DNA of 64,000 nucleotides from an uncultured Gemmatimonadales bacterium (lineage in GTDB: Bacteria > Gemmatimonadota > Gemmatimonadetes > Gemmatimonadales > GWC2-71-9). Position numbers and translations under genes: made by a program. The stretch covers positions 128,001 through 192,000 of the forward strand of contig CAVOGR010000007.1 of the NCBI GenBank assembly GCA_963695555.1. The letters run 5' to 3'. Positions 9,932 through 21,368 of the stretch are shown here, piece after piece. A model generated the notes under the pieces. That model saw nothing but the letters and a program-made list of their open reading frames with translations, did no database searches and was not told the DNA's origin. The stretch's first letter is position 1. Each line of letters begins with the position of its first letter.

Positions 9932-10468
9932 TCAGCCTTCGGGCTTTCGATCATGAGGGATGGTGGTAATGCCCATCCCGACCACGAAGAACCCGTACCC
10001 GGGGTCGGCTCCCGCAATGAAGCGGCGTTCGACATCGAATCGGAGCCCGATCGACGGTGCGATCTGGATGATCGTTCCCGCACCCGCATAGACATTGAAG
10101 GCACCGCCCCCGCCACCCTCAGCGACCGCGGCAAGCACCGACGCGCCTCCGCGGGCGAATACGGTCGCCCGAGACAGCCGGGCGGGAACGACCATTCCCA
10201 CGTCGGTCAAGAACACCAGAGCCCCATCGCTGAAGCCCGCGGGAAAGACCGAGAACGCGAAGTCCGCCCCGATGCCTTCCTTCGCGAGCTTGGTGGCTCG
10301 TAGGGTAAGGGTTGATGTAGCGAACTCGTTGTACCAGCCGACCCGCTGAACCGAGCCGCCAATGGCCCAACCGGCCGGCATCCGCGTGGGGGAGGGTCCC
10401 TGGGCCTCGAGCGCGCCCGTGAGGACCCATGCAAGGAACAGGGTCAGCGAGAATAGGGCCTGCCGCAT
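9932..10468 (-). CDS. Exported outer-membrane beta-barrel-like protein
   Basis: Signal peptide MRQALFSLTLFLAWVLTGALEA; alternating amphipathic strands (ARGGASV, VYAGAGT, GLRFDVE). Confidence 0.65.
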   Translation of the reverse strand: MRQALFSLTLFLAWVLTGALEAQGPSPTRMPAGWAIGGSVQRVGWYNEFATSTLTLRATKLAKEGIGADFAFSVFPAGFSDGALVFLTDVGMVVPARLSRATVFARGGASVLAAVAEGGGGGAFNVYAGAGTIIQIAPSIGLRFDVERRFIAGADPGYGFFVVGMGITTIPHDRKPEG

Positions 10469-10508
10469 GGGCTCGTCCCGTGTGAGGGTCACCGACACGT
10501 TGCACCGG

Positions 10509-10529
10509 GCCCGTGACCTGCCCGTGACC
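10509..10529. promoter_or_regulatory. Direct repeat GCCCGTGACC x2 with 11-bp period; candidate SARP/BTAD operator
   Basis: Exact 10-mer at 10509 and 10520, between divergent OMP and BTAD regulator genes. Confidence 0.6.
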
Positions 10530-10568
10530 CGCCTATCTTTCAGATATGCTCGGCCATCCGACCCATCC

Positions 10569-13310
10569 ATGATCCGCCTCAAGACTCTTGGGTCCCTGGA
10601 GCTTCTGGGCGCCGGGACGGCCGATTGTGAGGCCGTCCTGCGTCAGCCCAAACGGCTGGCTCTCCTGACCTACCTGGCCTGCGCCGCGCCGCGACGATTT
10701 CATCGGCGCGATTCCCTGCTGGCTCTTTTTTGGCCGGACCTGGATACCTCGCACGCCCGCGGCGCGCTGCGCCGGGCGCTGTATTTCCTGAGAAGTGCCC
10801 TTGGGGATGACGTCCTGGTCGGACGGGGCGAGGAGGAAATCGGCGTCGATGAAGACCTGCTCTGGTCGGACGTCCGGGCCTTCGAGCGCGCATTGGCTGA
10901 CGGCCGGCGCGACGAAGCGCTCGGGCTCTATCAGGGCGATCTGCTCGAGGGGTTCTTCATTAGTTCGGCACCGGACTTCGAGCGGTGGCTCGACACCGAG
11001 CGCTCCGCACTCAGGACCGCAGCGGCGCGAGCGGCGTGGTCGATCGCCGAAGAAATGGAAACGACAGACCCTCGGAAGTCGCTCCAGTGGGCCAAACGCG
11101 GAGCCGATCTCACTCCACATGAGGAAGAACCGCTTCGCCGCCTGATGGAATTACTCGACCGCCAGGGCGACCGGGCAGCCGCGCTGTCGTCCTTCACCGC
11201 ATTCGAGCGGCGGCTGGCCGAGGAGTTCGAGCTCACGCCGTCGCAGGAGACCGTAACGCTGGCCGAAAGAATTCGGGCACAGGGCGCTGCACCTGTAGTC
11301 GTGCCGGGCGAGACAGTCCCAATCGCGCCGTCACCGGACCTCGTTGCGGTCCTGCCATTCACCGTATCGGCCCCGGACAAATACGCCTACCTGGCCGAGG
11401 GCATGGTCGACCTGCTGAGTACCAAGCTGGATGGCACCCGCGCGCTGCGCGTGCTGGACCCGCGAGCACTCCTCGGCTGGCTGGCTCAACACGGACAGCA
11501 GGCCGACACTCCGACCGTGACCAGTGACGTGGTGGCGCGCTTCGATGCGGCGCACGTGTTGACGGGCAGCGTGGTAGTAGGAGGCGATCGCGTTCAGCTC
11601 TCGGCCACGCTGTACGATCGGCGTGGCACGGTCGAGCTGGTGGCGGAGGCCGCGGGTGAGGCCGAGAATGAACTGTTCGATTTGGTCGACGAGATCGCGC
11701 GTCAGCTGTTGGCCTCCCGGAGTGTCGGGCCGGCCGGCCGGGTGGCCCGACTCGCGGCGCACACGACCCGGTCACTGCCGGCCCTCAAGCATTACCTGGA
11801 AGGCGAGCATTCATTCCGAGGGGGAGAGTACTTCCAGGCGATCGCGGCGTATCAACAGGCCGCGGCCACCGATCCGGATTTCGCTCTGGCGCACTACCGG
11901 TTAGCAGCGGCGCTCGCCGCGTGTGCCATGCCCGAGGGCGCGCGCCTCGAGGCAAATCAGGCACAGACACATCGCTCACGCCTCGCGCCTCACGATCGCT
12001 TGTGGTTGGATGCCCAGCTCGCCTGGCTCGAGGGTCGCTCAACCGAGGCCGAGCGATTGTACTCGGACATTGTCGCTCTCTACCCCGATAACGTCGAGGC
12101 CTGGTATCTCCTGGGCGACCTGTTGGTCCATCACAATCCATATCGGGGGCGGTCCATCACCGAGGCGCGGGTGCCCTTGGAACGGGCCATTGCCCTCGAC
12201 CCGGATCACATGAGCGCCATGGGGCACCTCGCACGGATCGCGGCGCTCGAAGGCCGCTCGGACGATGTCGCCGATCTGGTGGACCGGATCTTCGTCACGA
12301 ACCCAGCCGGCGACCAGGGGCTCCCGATGCGCGCCCTCAGGGCATTTACCCTGTTTGACGCTCACGAGGAATCGAACGTACTCGACGGATTGAAGAATGC
12401 CCGTGCCCTGACGATCGGGATCGCGTTCTCGGACGTGGCGCTGTACTCGGGCAACCTGGCAGGGACCGACCGCTTCGCGCGACAGTTCCTCGCGGTGGCC
12501 CGATCGCCGGAGCTTCAGGCGCTGTGTCACATCATCCTGGCCCACATGGAGGCCATGCGTGGCCGGCACGTCCTCGCGCTCGAGGCCCTCGACGAGGCAC
12601 AAGAACTCGACCGCGCCTGGGCTCTCGAGATGCGGGGATTGTTCGCCGCCTGGCCGTTCTTCGTCATGGAACCCGGCCAGGTGGCCCGGATCCGTGACGA
12701 GCTAGGCGAGTGGGATGCCGCGGCGACCCCACCGAGCCCACAGCTGCCGTTACGCGTCCACAACGACCTGCACCCTCGTCTCCGTTTCTACCTGCTCGGA
12801 CTTCTCAATGCCCGACTTGGTCATTTCGATCGGGCGAGTAAGTGCGCGGCTGCCCTCGAGTCGGCGGCTCTGGCCGGAGCAGTCGGCGCGTTTCCGGCAT
12901 CGCTCGGTGCCGGGGTCAGGGCCCGGATCGCCTGGGAAGAGGGAGACCACGCGAACGCCCTCCAGGCGCTCGAGGCCGATCGCCCGGCGCTCTGGTTTCA
13001 GCAGGCGGTGAGCTCTCCCTTTTTCGGCCGGATTCTCGAACGCTTCATGCGGGCCGAGCTGCTTTGGAGCCTGGGACGACACGCGGAATCGGCGTCGTGG
13101 TATCGGAGTCTGGTCCAACGCTCGCCGTTTGAGCTACCGTACCGCCCCATGGTCGAGGCCCGTCTGTACGAGCTAGCTCTGGAAGACGGCAACGCCGCGG
13201 CGGCACGCACCCACGAGATCCGCGTGCGTGCCATGTTGGAGGATGCGGACGCTCGACTCCTCGATACCATGGCGAGGTATGCGCCAACGCTGTTCGCTGG
13301 AGGGAAATGA
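10569..13310 (+). CDS. SARP/BTAD transcriptional regulator with TolB-N-like and TPR domains
   Basis: LKTLGSLEL...QPKRLALLTYL...RRDSLLALFWP...LYQGDLLEGF; AVLPF motif; TPR helices. Confidence 0.88.
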   Translation: MIRLKTLGSLELLGAGTADCEAVLRQPKRLALLTYLACAAPRRFHRRDSLLALFWPDLDTSHARGALRRALYFLRSALGDDVLVGRGEEEIGVDEDLLWSDVRAFERALADGRRDEALGLYQGDLLEGFFISSAPDFERWLDTERSALRTAAARAAWSIAEEMETTDPRKSLQWAKRGADLTPHEEEPLRRLMELLDRQGDRAAALSSFTAFERRLAEEFELTPSQETVTLAERIRAQGAAPVVVPGETVPIAPSPDLVAVLPFTVSAPDKYAYLAEGMVDLLSTKLDGTRALRVLDPRALLGWLAQHGQQADTPTVTSDVVARFDAAHVLTGSVVVGGDRVQLSATLYDRRGTVELVAEAAGEAENELFDLVDEIARQLLASRSVGPAGRVARLAAHTTRSLPALKHYLEGEHSFRGGEYFQAIAAYQQAAATDPDFALAHYRLAAALAACAMPEGARLEANQAQTHRSRLAPHDRLWLDAQLAWLEGRSTEAERLYSDIVALYPDNVEAWYLLGDLLVHHNPYRGRSITEARVPLERAIALDPDHMSAMGHLARIAALEGRSDDVADLVDRIFVTNPAGDQGLPMRALRAFTLFDAHEESNVLDGLKNARALTIGIAFSDVALYSGNLAGTDRFARQFLAVARSPELQALCHIILAHMEAMRGRHVLALEALDEAQELDRAWALEMRGLFAAWPFFVMEPGQVARIRDELGEWDAAATPPSPQLPLRVHNDLHPRLRFYLLGLLNARLGHFDRASKCAAALESAALAGAVGAFPASLGAGVRARIAWEEGDHANALQALEADRPALWFQQAVSSPFFGRILERFMRAELLWSLGRHAESASWYRSLVQRSPFELPYRPMVEARLYELALEDGNAAAARTHEIRVRAMLEDADARLLDTMARYAPTLFAGGK

Positions 13311-13345
13311 ACCACCCTACCTGAGCCACACGGGCGGGCGGGGTG

Positions 13346-14581
13346 TTACGCGGAGAGCGTCGGTCCGGACTCCGAGCGGTCACCGCCGTTGCCCGCACCG
13401 TAGCCCTGTTCCTCATCGTGGGCCAGCATGAGCCCTTCCGGCCCTATGAGCACCACCTGCCGTTCCATCCGTCGCATGAAGCTGACAAACGTGCTGGCAA
13501 CGCCGGGGTCAAAAATGGTGCCGGCTCCCTGTTCGATGTACCGGAGCGCTTCGGCTGGTTCCCAGGCGGGACGATAGCTCCGCGGCGTCCGGAGCGCGTC
13601 ATACGCATCGCACACCGAGATCACCTTGCTCACGTAGTGGAAGTCACGGGTGTAGTGCAGATCGGGATACCCGTGGCCATCCGGCCGGCCGTGGTGCTCG
13701 TAGGCCGCGATGGCAGCCAGCTCGAACTCGGACTCGCGCCGAAGCAAGAGCCGCGCTCCTTCCTCGGGATGCCGTTGGACCAGCTTCCGATCCGCTTTCG
13801 AGAGGGTGTGTTTCTGCAGCAGTTTTTGGGGCACGCGGCTCATGCCGATGTCATGCAGCAGTCCGGCGGTCCCGAAGGCGCGGATATCCTTTGATCCCAT
13901 GCCAAGCGATTCCGCCAGCGTCATCGCCAGGACGGCTACGTTGATGGCGTGCATGGTGGAGTAGTCGTCGTGTGACTGGAGGTCGAGGAGCGGGATCAAC
14001 ACCTCGCCTTCCGCCCGCATTGCGACGGCCAGCGATCGGATCACGGCCTCCACTTCGTCAAGCGGGACCATCTCCTTGAGTGCAGCTCGCTGGTACAGCC
14101 ACCGCACGGTTTCGGTCTCTTCGCCGAGGCGATACGGAATCGTGGCGGTCCGGAGGAACTCATCGGACAGCTCGAGGTCTCCGTCTCCGGTCACGCGGAG
14201 CATGCCGGAGGTGATGCCGGGTCGAGCCGGTAACTTCTCGGCGGGGGCCGTCGTGCCCAAGCGCAAGAAGACGTCGTCCAGGAATTGGCCGTACGCTTCG
14301 CGCGCTACCTCGGCTGCAAACTCCATGCGTTGGGCCCCGAGCGCGCCGAGCCGTTCGGCCCACGGCCATTGATGCATGTCGTGCAGGGTGCGCTGGCCAT
14401 AAATGACCGAGCCGTCGATGAAAGAAAACGTCGCGGGCGATTCCTCGTCGAGGAGTTCGCGGAGTTTCTCGAATGATCGATCGACGACCCGGGCGCGCGC
14501 TGGGTGGCCCTCGCCGTAGAGCTGCATGGCGGACAAAACGTGGGCCATGGAGTGCAGGAAGAGGACGGGGCGTTCACTCAT
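13346..14581 (-). CDS. HD-GYP domain protein (putative cyclic dinucleotide phosphodiesterase)
   Basis: LHDIG, HP, EHHGRPDGHGYP, DAYDAL, FDP. Confidence 0.9.
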   Translation of the reverse strand: MSERPVLFLHSMAHVLSAMQLYGEGHPARARVVDRSFEKLRELLDEESPATFSFIDGSVIYGQRTLHDMHQWPWAERLGALGAQRMEFAAEVAREAYGQFLDDVFLRLGTTAPAEKLPARPGITSGMLRVTGDGDLELSDEFLRTATIPYRLGEETETVRWLYQRAALKEMVPLDEVEAVIRSLAVAMRAEGEVLIPLLDLQSHDDYSTMHAINVAVLAMTLAESLGMGSKDIRAFGTAGLLHDIGMSRVPQKLLQKHTLSKADRKLVQRHPEEGARLLLRRESEFELAAIAAYEHHGRPDGHGYPDLHYTRDFHYVSKVISVCDAYDALRTPRSYRPAWEPAEALRYIEQGAGTIFDPGVASTFVSFMRRMERQVVLIGPEGLMLAHDEEQGYGAGNGGDRSESGPTLSA

Positions 14582-14583
14582 GG

Positions 14584-16767
14584 CTAGACGATCACCTTGA
14601 GCCGCGGGTCGTCGGTTACCTGCCGGAGCTGGAGGTGCGCGCCTGCTGCGTCCCGCACCTGCTTGTCACGATGCCGTTCGGCGCGGCGCAACAGCGGCAG
14701 CGCCTTCGGATTCCAGCGCCAGTGAATGGTCAACGCCGTGATGGCGGCCAGCATTGTCGGAGACTTGGGCGCGATGCGCCGGAACCAATACCAGCGCCGC
14801 GGGCCCATGGCCGTGTCGATCAGGCATTCGAGCACCGACGGATCGTCCGACGGGGCGATGGCTCGCACGGCCAGCGGCACGAGATCTTCCGGCAGGTCGT
14901 CTGTCCGCATCCGATCCACGATCGCTTGCACGGCCTCGGGCGGGCACCCTTCGCCCGCGGCGACCAATCCCAGACGGACGGTGGGCGGATCCGGTGCGCC
15001 GACCGCTTCCCGGATGGCGCGGCCGCGGTTCGCGGGGTCCTGCAGCAGCAGCTTGAACCCTTCATGCCGAACCCGAGCATCGGAGTGGGCCAGGCATGCC
15101 GCTGGCGAGAATTCCGGAGGCAACTCCGGCAGCATCGACAAGAGTCGGATGAGATTGCGCTGCACGTACCAGGGCGCGCCGCCGATTCGCTCTACGGCTT
15201 CCGGGCCGATCTCCGACCCAAACCGCGCCAGGTATTCGAGCAGCTTGGCCCGAACCTTTCGATCCTGGGAAGTCGCCAGGGCGTCGAACATCACGCCGGC
15301 CGCGTCCGGCCCGCACGCCGGCACAATGCGGCCCAACGTTTCGGTATCGACCGACGGCGCGCTGAGGAGCACGCCGACCGTATAGGAATGCACCACGCGG
15401 GCCCGTAGCTCATGGACGACCGCATCGCCCTCCGGAGCCTGATCAATCACATCCAGCAATTCACCGACCCGCCCGGTGGCGATCAGATAGTCGGCCGCAC
15501 GCAGGGTGCCGGCCTCCATCACATCACCTTCCAGGCTCATCTGCACGATGCGCGCGGGCTCCGGCGCGTAGGCAGACACCTCGTCGAGTTCATCGGGGGT
15601 GAGCCGCGGGAGGCGGGCCAGGGTGCGTTCGTAGACGGCGGGCAGGGTGCCCTGGGCGTCCTGCTTGTCCCAGCGCTCGAGGAGCTGACGGATCATCTCC
15701 CGCAACGAATCGTCGGCCGCCTGACGCCGCGGACCGCCGTCATCCTCTGCGTGCGTGGCCAGCTTCTGCAGCAGCTGGAGCAGCGCCGGTGACAGGCTGC
15801 GATTCGAAGCGTTCGCCGCGGCTTCCACGAGCCGGATCACCACCTTCGCCGCCATCACGTGGGAGCTTTCGAGCAGGAAGCGACGCTGCGTCCTTCCATT
15901 GTCGCGCATGGCCAGCAACCGCTTGAGCGCATCCTCCGAGAGCTGACCGATCAACTTGGCCAGGTGCTTCTGTACGGCCACGGACTCGCCCCGACCGCGA
16001 TCGCGGCACGCCTCGGTAGACTCGGTCAATGCGCCGAGGACTCGGGTGACGTAATCCGGGTTTTCACAGTGTTCTTCAATCGCCGCGGCAAGGGCCTCTG
16101 CGTCCAGCGCCGACCCCTCGTCGTCGGTCAGCTCGTCCGACACGGCGGCCCGGGCCAGCCCAAGCCAGATGAATTTCGACCATGCCTCCGCCGCCGATGC
16201 GTCCTGCTCGTCGTCGTCCGAGTCGTCGAAGAGGATGAGATGATCGTAGGAAGGCGGATAGACCCGAATGTGCGGCCAGTGCGAGCGTGGCTTCGGCTCG
16301 ACCGGTTGCTCCGAGCCGTCACCGGAGGACCGAAGCAGCGTGGCGAAGAGTTCCGTCAACTCCGTTCGCTTGACACCGCGCAGCAGCTTGACGCCGCCGA
16401 CGTCGCGGCGGTGCAAGTGATCGGCGAGGTCGCGCAGCAGGACGTGTTTCGGGTCGGTTGGAATTCCCGCCACCAGCAGCTGGCCCGGGGCGACCCCAAC
16501 CGCCACCGCGCCACGGTCGAGGAACACCATTTCCAATTTCTTGGCGAGATTGTGGATGGCCGTTTCAAGCGCCGGGTGCCCATCCGGATACATCGAGAAG
16601 CGCTGGAAGGCGCCGGAGAAGGCCACGACGAACTCCGCCAGCTCTCGCGAGAGCACCAACTTGTCGCTGCTCCCGCTTCGAGTCAGCGCATCCGTCATCT
16701 CGACTGGATCGCCGAGCTCGGCGTCATAGCGTAGCTCCGAGCGCCGGTGTTCGAGCGGTTGTTGCAT
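14584..16767 (-). CDS. HEAT-repeat protein with N-terminal YPxGHP domain
   Basis: All-helical; WYVQRNLIRLL and HSDARVRHE HEAT-like motifs; ends 2 nt before the HD-GYP start. Start could be 16767-16773. Confidence 0.78.
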   Translation of the reverse strand: MQQPLEHRRSELRYDAELGDPVEMTDALTRSGSSDKLVLSRELAEFVVAFSGAFQRFSMYPDGHPALETAIHNLAKKLEMVFLDRGAVAVGVAPGQLLVAGIPTDPKHVLLRDLADHLHRRDVGGVKLLRGVKRTELTELFATLLRSSGDGSEQPVEPKPRSHWPHIRVYPPSYDHLILFDDSDDDEQDASAAEAWSKFIWLGLARAAVSDELTDDEGSALDAEALAAAIEEHCENPDYVTRVLGALTESTEACRDRGRGESVAVQKHLAKLIGQLSEDALKRLLAMRDNGRTQRRFLLESSHVMAAKVVIRLVEAAANASNRSLSPALLQLLQKLATHAEDDGGPRRQAADDSLREMIRQLLERWDKQDAQGTLPAVYERTLARLPRLTPDELDEVSAYAPEPARIVQMSLEGDVMEAGTLRAADYLIATGRVGELLDVIDQAPEGDAVVHELRARVVHSYTVGVLLSAPSVDTETLGRIVPACGPDAAGVMFDALATSQDRKVRAKLLEYLARFGSEIGPEAVERIGGAPWYVQRNLIRLLSMLPELPPEFSPAACLAHSDARVRHEGFKLLLQDPANRGRAIREAVGAPDPPTVRLGLVAAGEGCPPEAVQAIVDRMRTDDLPEDLVPLAVRAIAPSDDPSVLECLIDTAMGPRRWYWFRRIAPKSPTMLAAITALTIHWRWNPKALPLLRRAERHRDKQVRDAAGAHLQLRQVTDDPRLKVIV

Positions 16768-17069
16768 CACCACAACACCCTCACGAACTCCGGCATTTGC
16801 TGGGCGGTGACCATCACGAACTTCCCCCCTAGTTTAGCGGCAAAGCCCACCGAGAGCGAGGTTTGGCAATGCAAGGCTTCGCACCCTGGGCCTCGCAGCG
16901 CCCCTTGACCCACTCGAGCTGCCTTACCCGCTTGGAAGAGCATGAGTTATGCCGTAGAGCGGCCGCGGGATGACCGCTGTGGATTCGGGCAAGATTCGGC
17001 GGCGGGAGGGGCTATATTCCGTCGTTTGTCAGCGGCTATACCCTCGCATCCTTACCTGTGAGCCAACGC

Positions 17070-18327
<1,258 letters not shown>

Positions 18328-18340
18328 CGTCCGATCCGCC

Positions 18341-19816
18341 ATGCCCGCCACGGCCGCGGCATCCCCAACTCCCCGCTTCCAGCGACTGGCCCGCTGGGCC
18401 GGGCCGGCCGGGTACGGCGCGACTTTTCTCCTCGCCCCTCAGAGCCTCGGGGCCGACGCCCGACACGTCCTCGGGATCACCGTGTGGATGGTGATCTGGT
18501 GGGTCACCGAGGCGCTGCCGCTCGCCGCCACCTCGCTCCTCCCCCTGGCCCTGTTCCCACTGCTCGGCGTCGCGAGCCCGCAAGACGCCGCCGCACCCTA
18601 CGCCAACCAGCTCATCTTCCTGTTTTTGGCGGGCTTTCTGCTCGCGGCCGCCCTCCAGGCGTGGAACGCGCACACCCGCATGGCTTACGGCATCGTCTCC
18701 CGCATCGGCTTCGGAGGGCGGCGCGTGGTGCTCGGCATCATGCTGGCGACGGCCTTCTTGTCGATGTGGATCTCGAACACGGCCACCGCCGCCATGATGT
18801 ATCCCATCGCCATGGCCGTCGGGGGCCTGCTCGGCCACAGCAAGGAGGCCGACACCACCCGGACCGCGCTCATGTTGGGAGTGGCCTACGCCGCGTCGAT
18901 CGGCGGGATGGCAACGCTCATTGGCACGCCGCCCAACCTGATCTTCTCGGCCTTCGTCGCCCAGGAGACCGGCCGAGCCATTGGCTTCGGCGAGTTCATG
19001 ACCATTGGCCTCCCGACCGCGGCGGTGCTGCTACCGCTCTGTTGGGTGCTCCTGGTCTTCGTGGCCTTCCGACACCATGCGAGTATTCCGCCTGAGGCGG
19101 CCGCCGCCATTCAGCGACGGCGGGCCGCCCTCGGGGTCCTCCGCGGCGGAGAGGCAAAGACTCTCGTGGTCTTTATTGTGACGGCATTGGCCTGGCTCTT
19201 CCGGGCGCCCAAAGACTTCGGCGTCTTTCGCATTCCCGGGCTCAGCGATATCGCGCCCGGCATCGGCGATGCCACCATCGGGATTTCGGGTGCGATCCTG
19301 CTGTTCCTGATCCACACCACGCGGGACGGCAATCGTCGGCCGCTGCTAACGTGGGACGAGGCCCGAGCCATTCCGTGGGGTGTACTCCTGCTGTTCGGCG
19401 GCGGGCTGTCCCTCGCCGCCGCAATGGAATCGACCGGGCTCACCACATGGCTCGGTCAGCACATGGCCATCCTTCGTGCGCTCCCGACTCTGCTCCTGCT
19501 TGGTGGGTTGGCGCTCACCGTACTGGCCCTCGGCGAATTGGCGTCCAACACCGCCCTGGCCGCCATGGCCATGCCGCTGGTCGCATCGCTCGCCGCCGGC
19601 ATCGGGCAACCGCCGCTCCTCTTGTTGCTGGTGACGGCGCTGGCCGCGTCGACCGGGTTTGCCCTTCCCATCGCGACCCCGCCCAACGCCATCGTGTTTG
19701 GATCGGGACAAGTCAGGGTTCGCGACATGGTCCGGGCCGGACTCATGCTCGACGTGGTCGCCATCGTGGTCGTCGTGGTGATGGTGAGCCTGCTGTTTCC
19801 CGTCGTGTTCGGCTAA
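18341..19816 (+). CDS. SLC13/DASS Na+:di/tricarboxylate (or sulfate) symporter
   Basis: SMWISNTAT, GTPPN, ASNTA and ATPPNAI motifs; many TM helices. Confidence 0.9.
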   Translation: MPATAAASPTPRFQRLARWAGPAGYGATFLLAPQSLGADARHVLGITVWMVIWWVTEALPLAATSLLPLALFPLLGVASPQDAAAPYANQLIFLFLAGFLLAAALQAWNAHTRMAYGIVSRIGFGGRRVVLGIMLATAFLSMWISNTATAAMMYPIAMAVGGLLGHSKEADTTRTALMLGVAYAASIGGMATLIGTPPNLIFSAFVAQETGRAIGFGEFMTIGLPTAAVLLPLCWVLLVFVAFRHHASIPPEAAAAIQRRRAALGVLRGGEAKTLVVFIVTALAWLFRAPKDFGVFRIPGLSDIAPGIGDATIGISGAILLFLIHTTRDGNRRPLLTWDEARAIPWGVLLLFGGGLSLAAAMESTGLTTWLGQHMAILRALPTLLLLGGLALTVLALGELASNTALAAMAMPLVASLAAGIGQPPLLLLLVTALAASTGFALPIATPPNAIVFGSGQVRVRDMVRAGLMLDVVAIVVVVVMVSLLFPVVFG

Positions 19817-19828
19817 CGCCCCTCGCCC

Positions 19829-21368
19829 TCAGCGTCCAGGGGTTAACCGCCGCTCGGCAGCGGCCAAGGTGCCGTCGACAATGAGCGCGAGAAACGCGGC
19901 CGGCAGGGCGCCGGAGAGGATCATGGGCGTGTTCGGAGAGCGCCAAGCCCGCCACGATGGGATCGCCCAACCCACCGGCACCGATGAAGGCGGCGAGCGT
20001 TGCCGTCCCAACGTTGATTACCGCAGCCGTCCGGATTCCCGCCATGACAACGGGGGCCGCGAGCGGCAGCCGCACGTAGAGCAACACCTGACGCGGGGTC
20101 ATGCCGAGCGCGGTGCCGGCTGCCACCGCTGAAGGGTCGGCCTCGCGCACACCCGTGAACGTATTCCGCAGAATCGGGTAGATCGAATACAGGAACAGTG
20201 CGACCAGCGCCGGCCAAACCCCGATACCGAGGAGCGGAATCATGAACGCGAGGAGGGCAATGCTCGGAACCGTCTGGAGAAGTCCGGCGCCTCGAATCAC
20301 CGATTCAGCGCTCTGGCGCTTGCGCTCGAGCAGAAGCCCAAGCGGAACCGCGAGTGCGATGGCCGCGAGGAGGGACACGCCGACCAGGAATACGTGACGG
20401 ACGGTCAGCGAGGCAATGGTGCCACGGCGATCCCAGAGATAGCGGGCGAGTCCGGGTCGTGGAGCCTGGGGGCGTGATGCCTCGGCAATGTCTCCTTCGA
20501 CCAATCCCACGCTCCTGAGCGCATCTCGTGCCACGAGGGCAATCGGCTCTCGATCGACTTCGACTCGCCGATTGAATTCGCGCATGCGGTCTTCGGAAAG
20601 CAGCCCGCTGAGCCCCGTGAGCGCAATGATCGCGTCTGGGTTGGCGTCCGCAAAGGCTCCATTCACGAGGGCCGCGGCCTCATACGGAGGAAAGAACCCA
20701 CGATCGTCCTCCAGCACTCGGAGGTCGTACCGGGCAATCAACCCATCGGTCGAGTATCCGTCGATGACGTCCACCTCGCCGGCGGCCAGGGCCTGATATT
20801 TGATGGCGGGCAACAGCGATCGAACTTCCGCCGGCTTGAAACCGTACGCGTCGATCAGCCCGGGAAGGCCGTCGGGCCGGCCGATGAAGTCAGGGGTGAA
20901 TCCCGCGACGAAATCACTGCCTTCGCGCGCCAGATCGCTCAGCGTTCGAAGACCCCGTGACACGGCGACATCCGTTCGCACTGCGATCGCGTAGGTGTTC
21001 TCGAATCCCAGAGGCGGCAGCCACCGGACATCGTAGCGTCGGCGGAACTCGCGCGAGACATGCGCGAACACTGATCGCGCATCCATGACCGGCTGTTCGC
21101 CCAGGATGGCCAGGAGCCCCGTGCCGGTGTATTCCGGATACACGTCGACTGCGCCCGTGCGCAGGGCTTGGAATGCTATCTCTGTGGCCCCGAGACCAAG
21201 CCGGCGCTCGACCGTGAAGCCCCCAGCTTCGAGAACTTGGGCAAACATTTCGGCCAAGAGATAGGACTCACCAAACGGCTTGGAAGCGACGACGACATGG
21301 CGGGTGGCCGGCGGGGCCGGCGACTGGGCCAGAAGGAGCAGCAGGAAACCAACACCGAGCACCTTCAC
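19829..21368 (-). CDS. Betaine-type (OpuC/EgtU-like) ABC transporter, fused substrate-binding protein + permease (apparent frameshift near 19933)
   Basis: YPEYTGT, NTYAIAV, YSTDG, FFPPYEA; permease QTVPSIAL...GMT...VRLPLA...IGAGGLGD. The last TM helix is in ORF 19829..20011. Confidence 0.88.
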
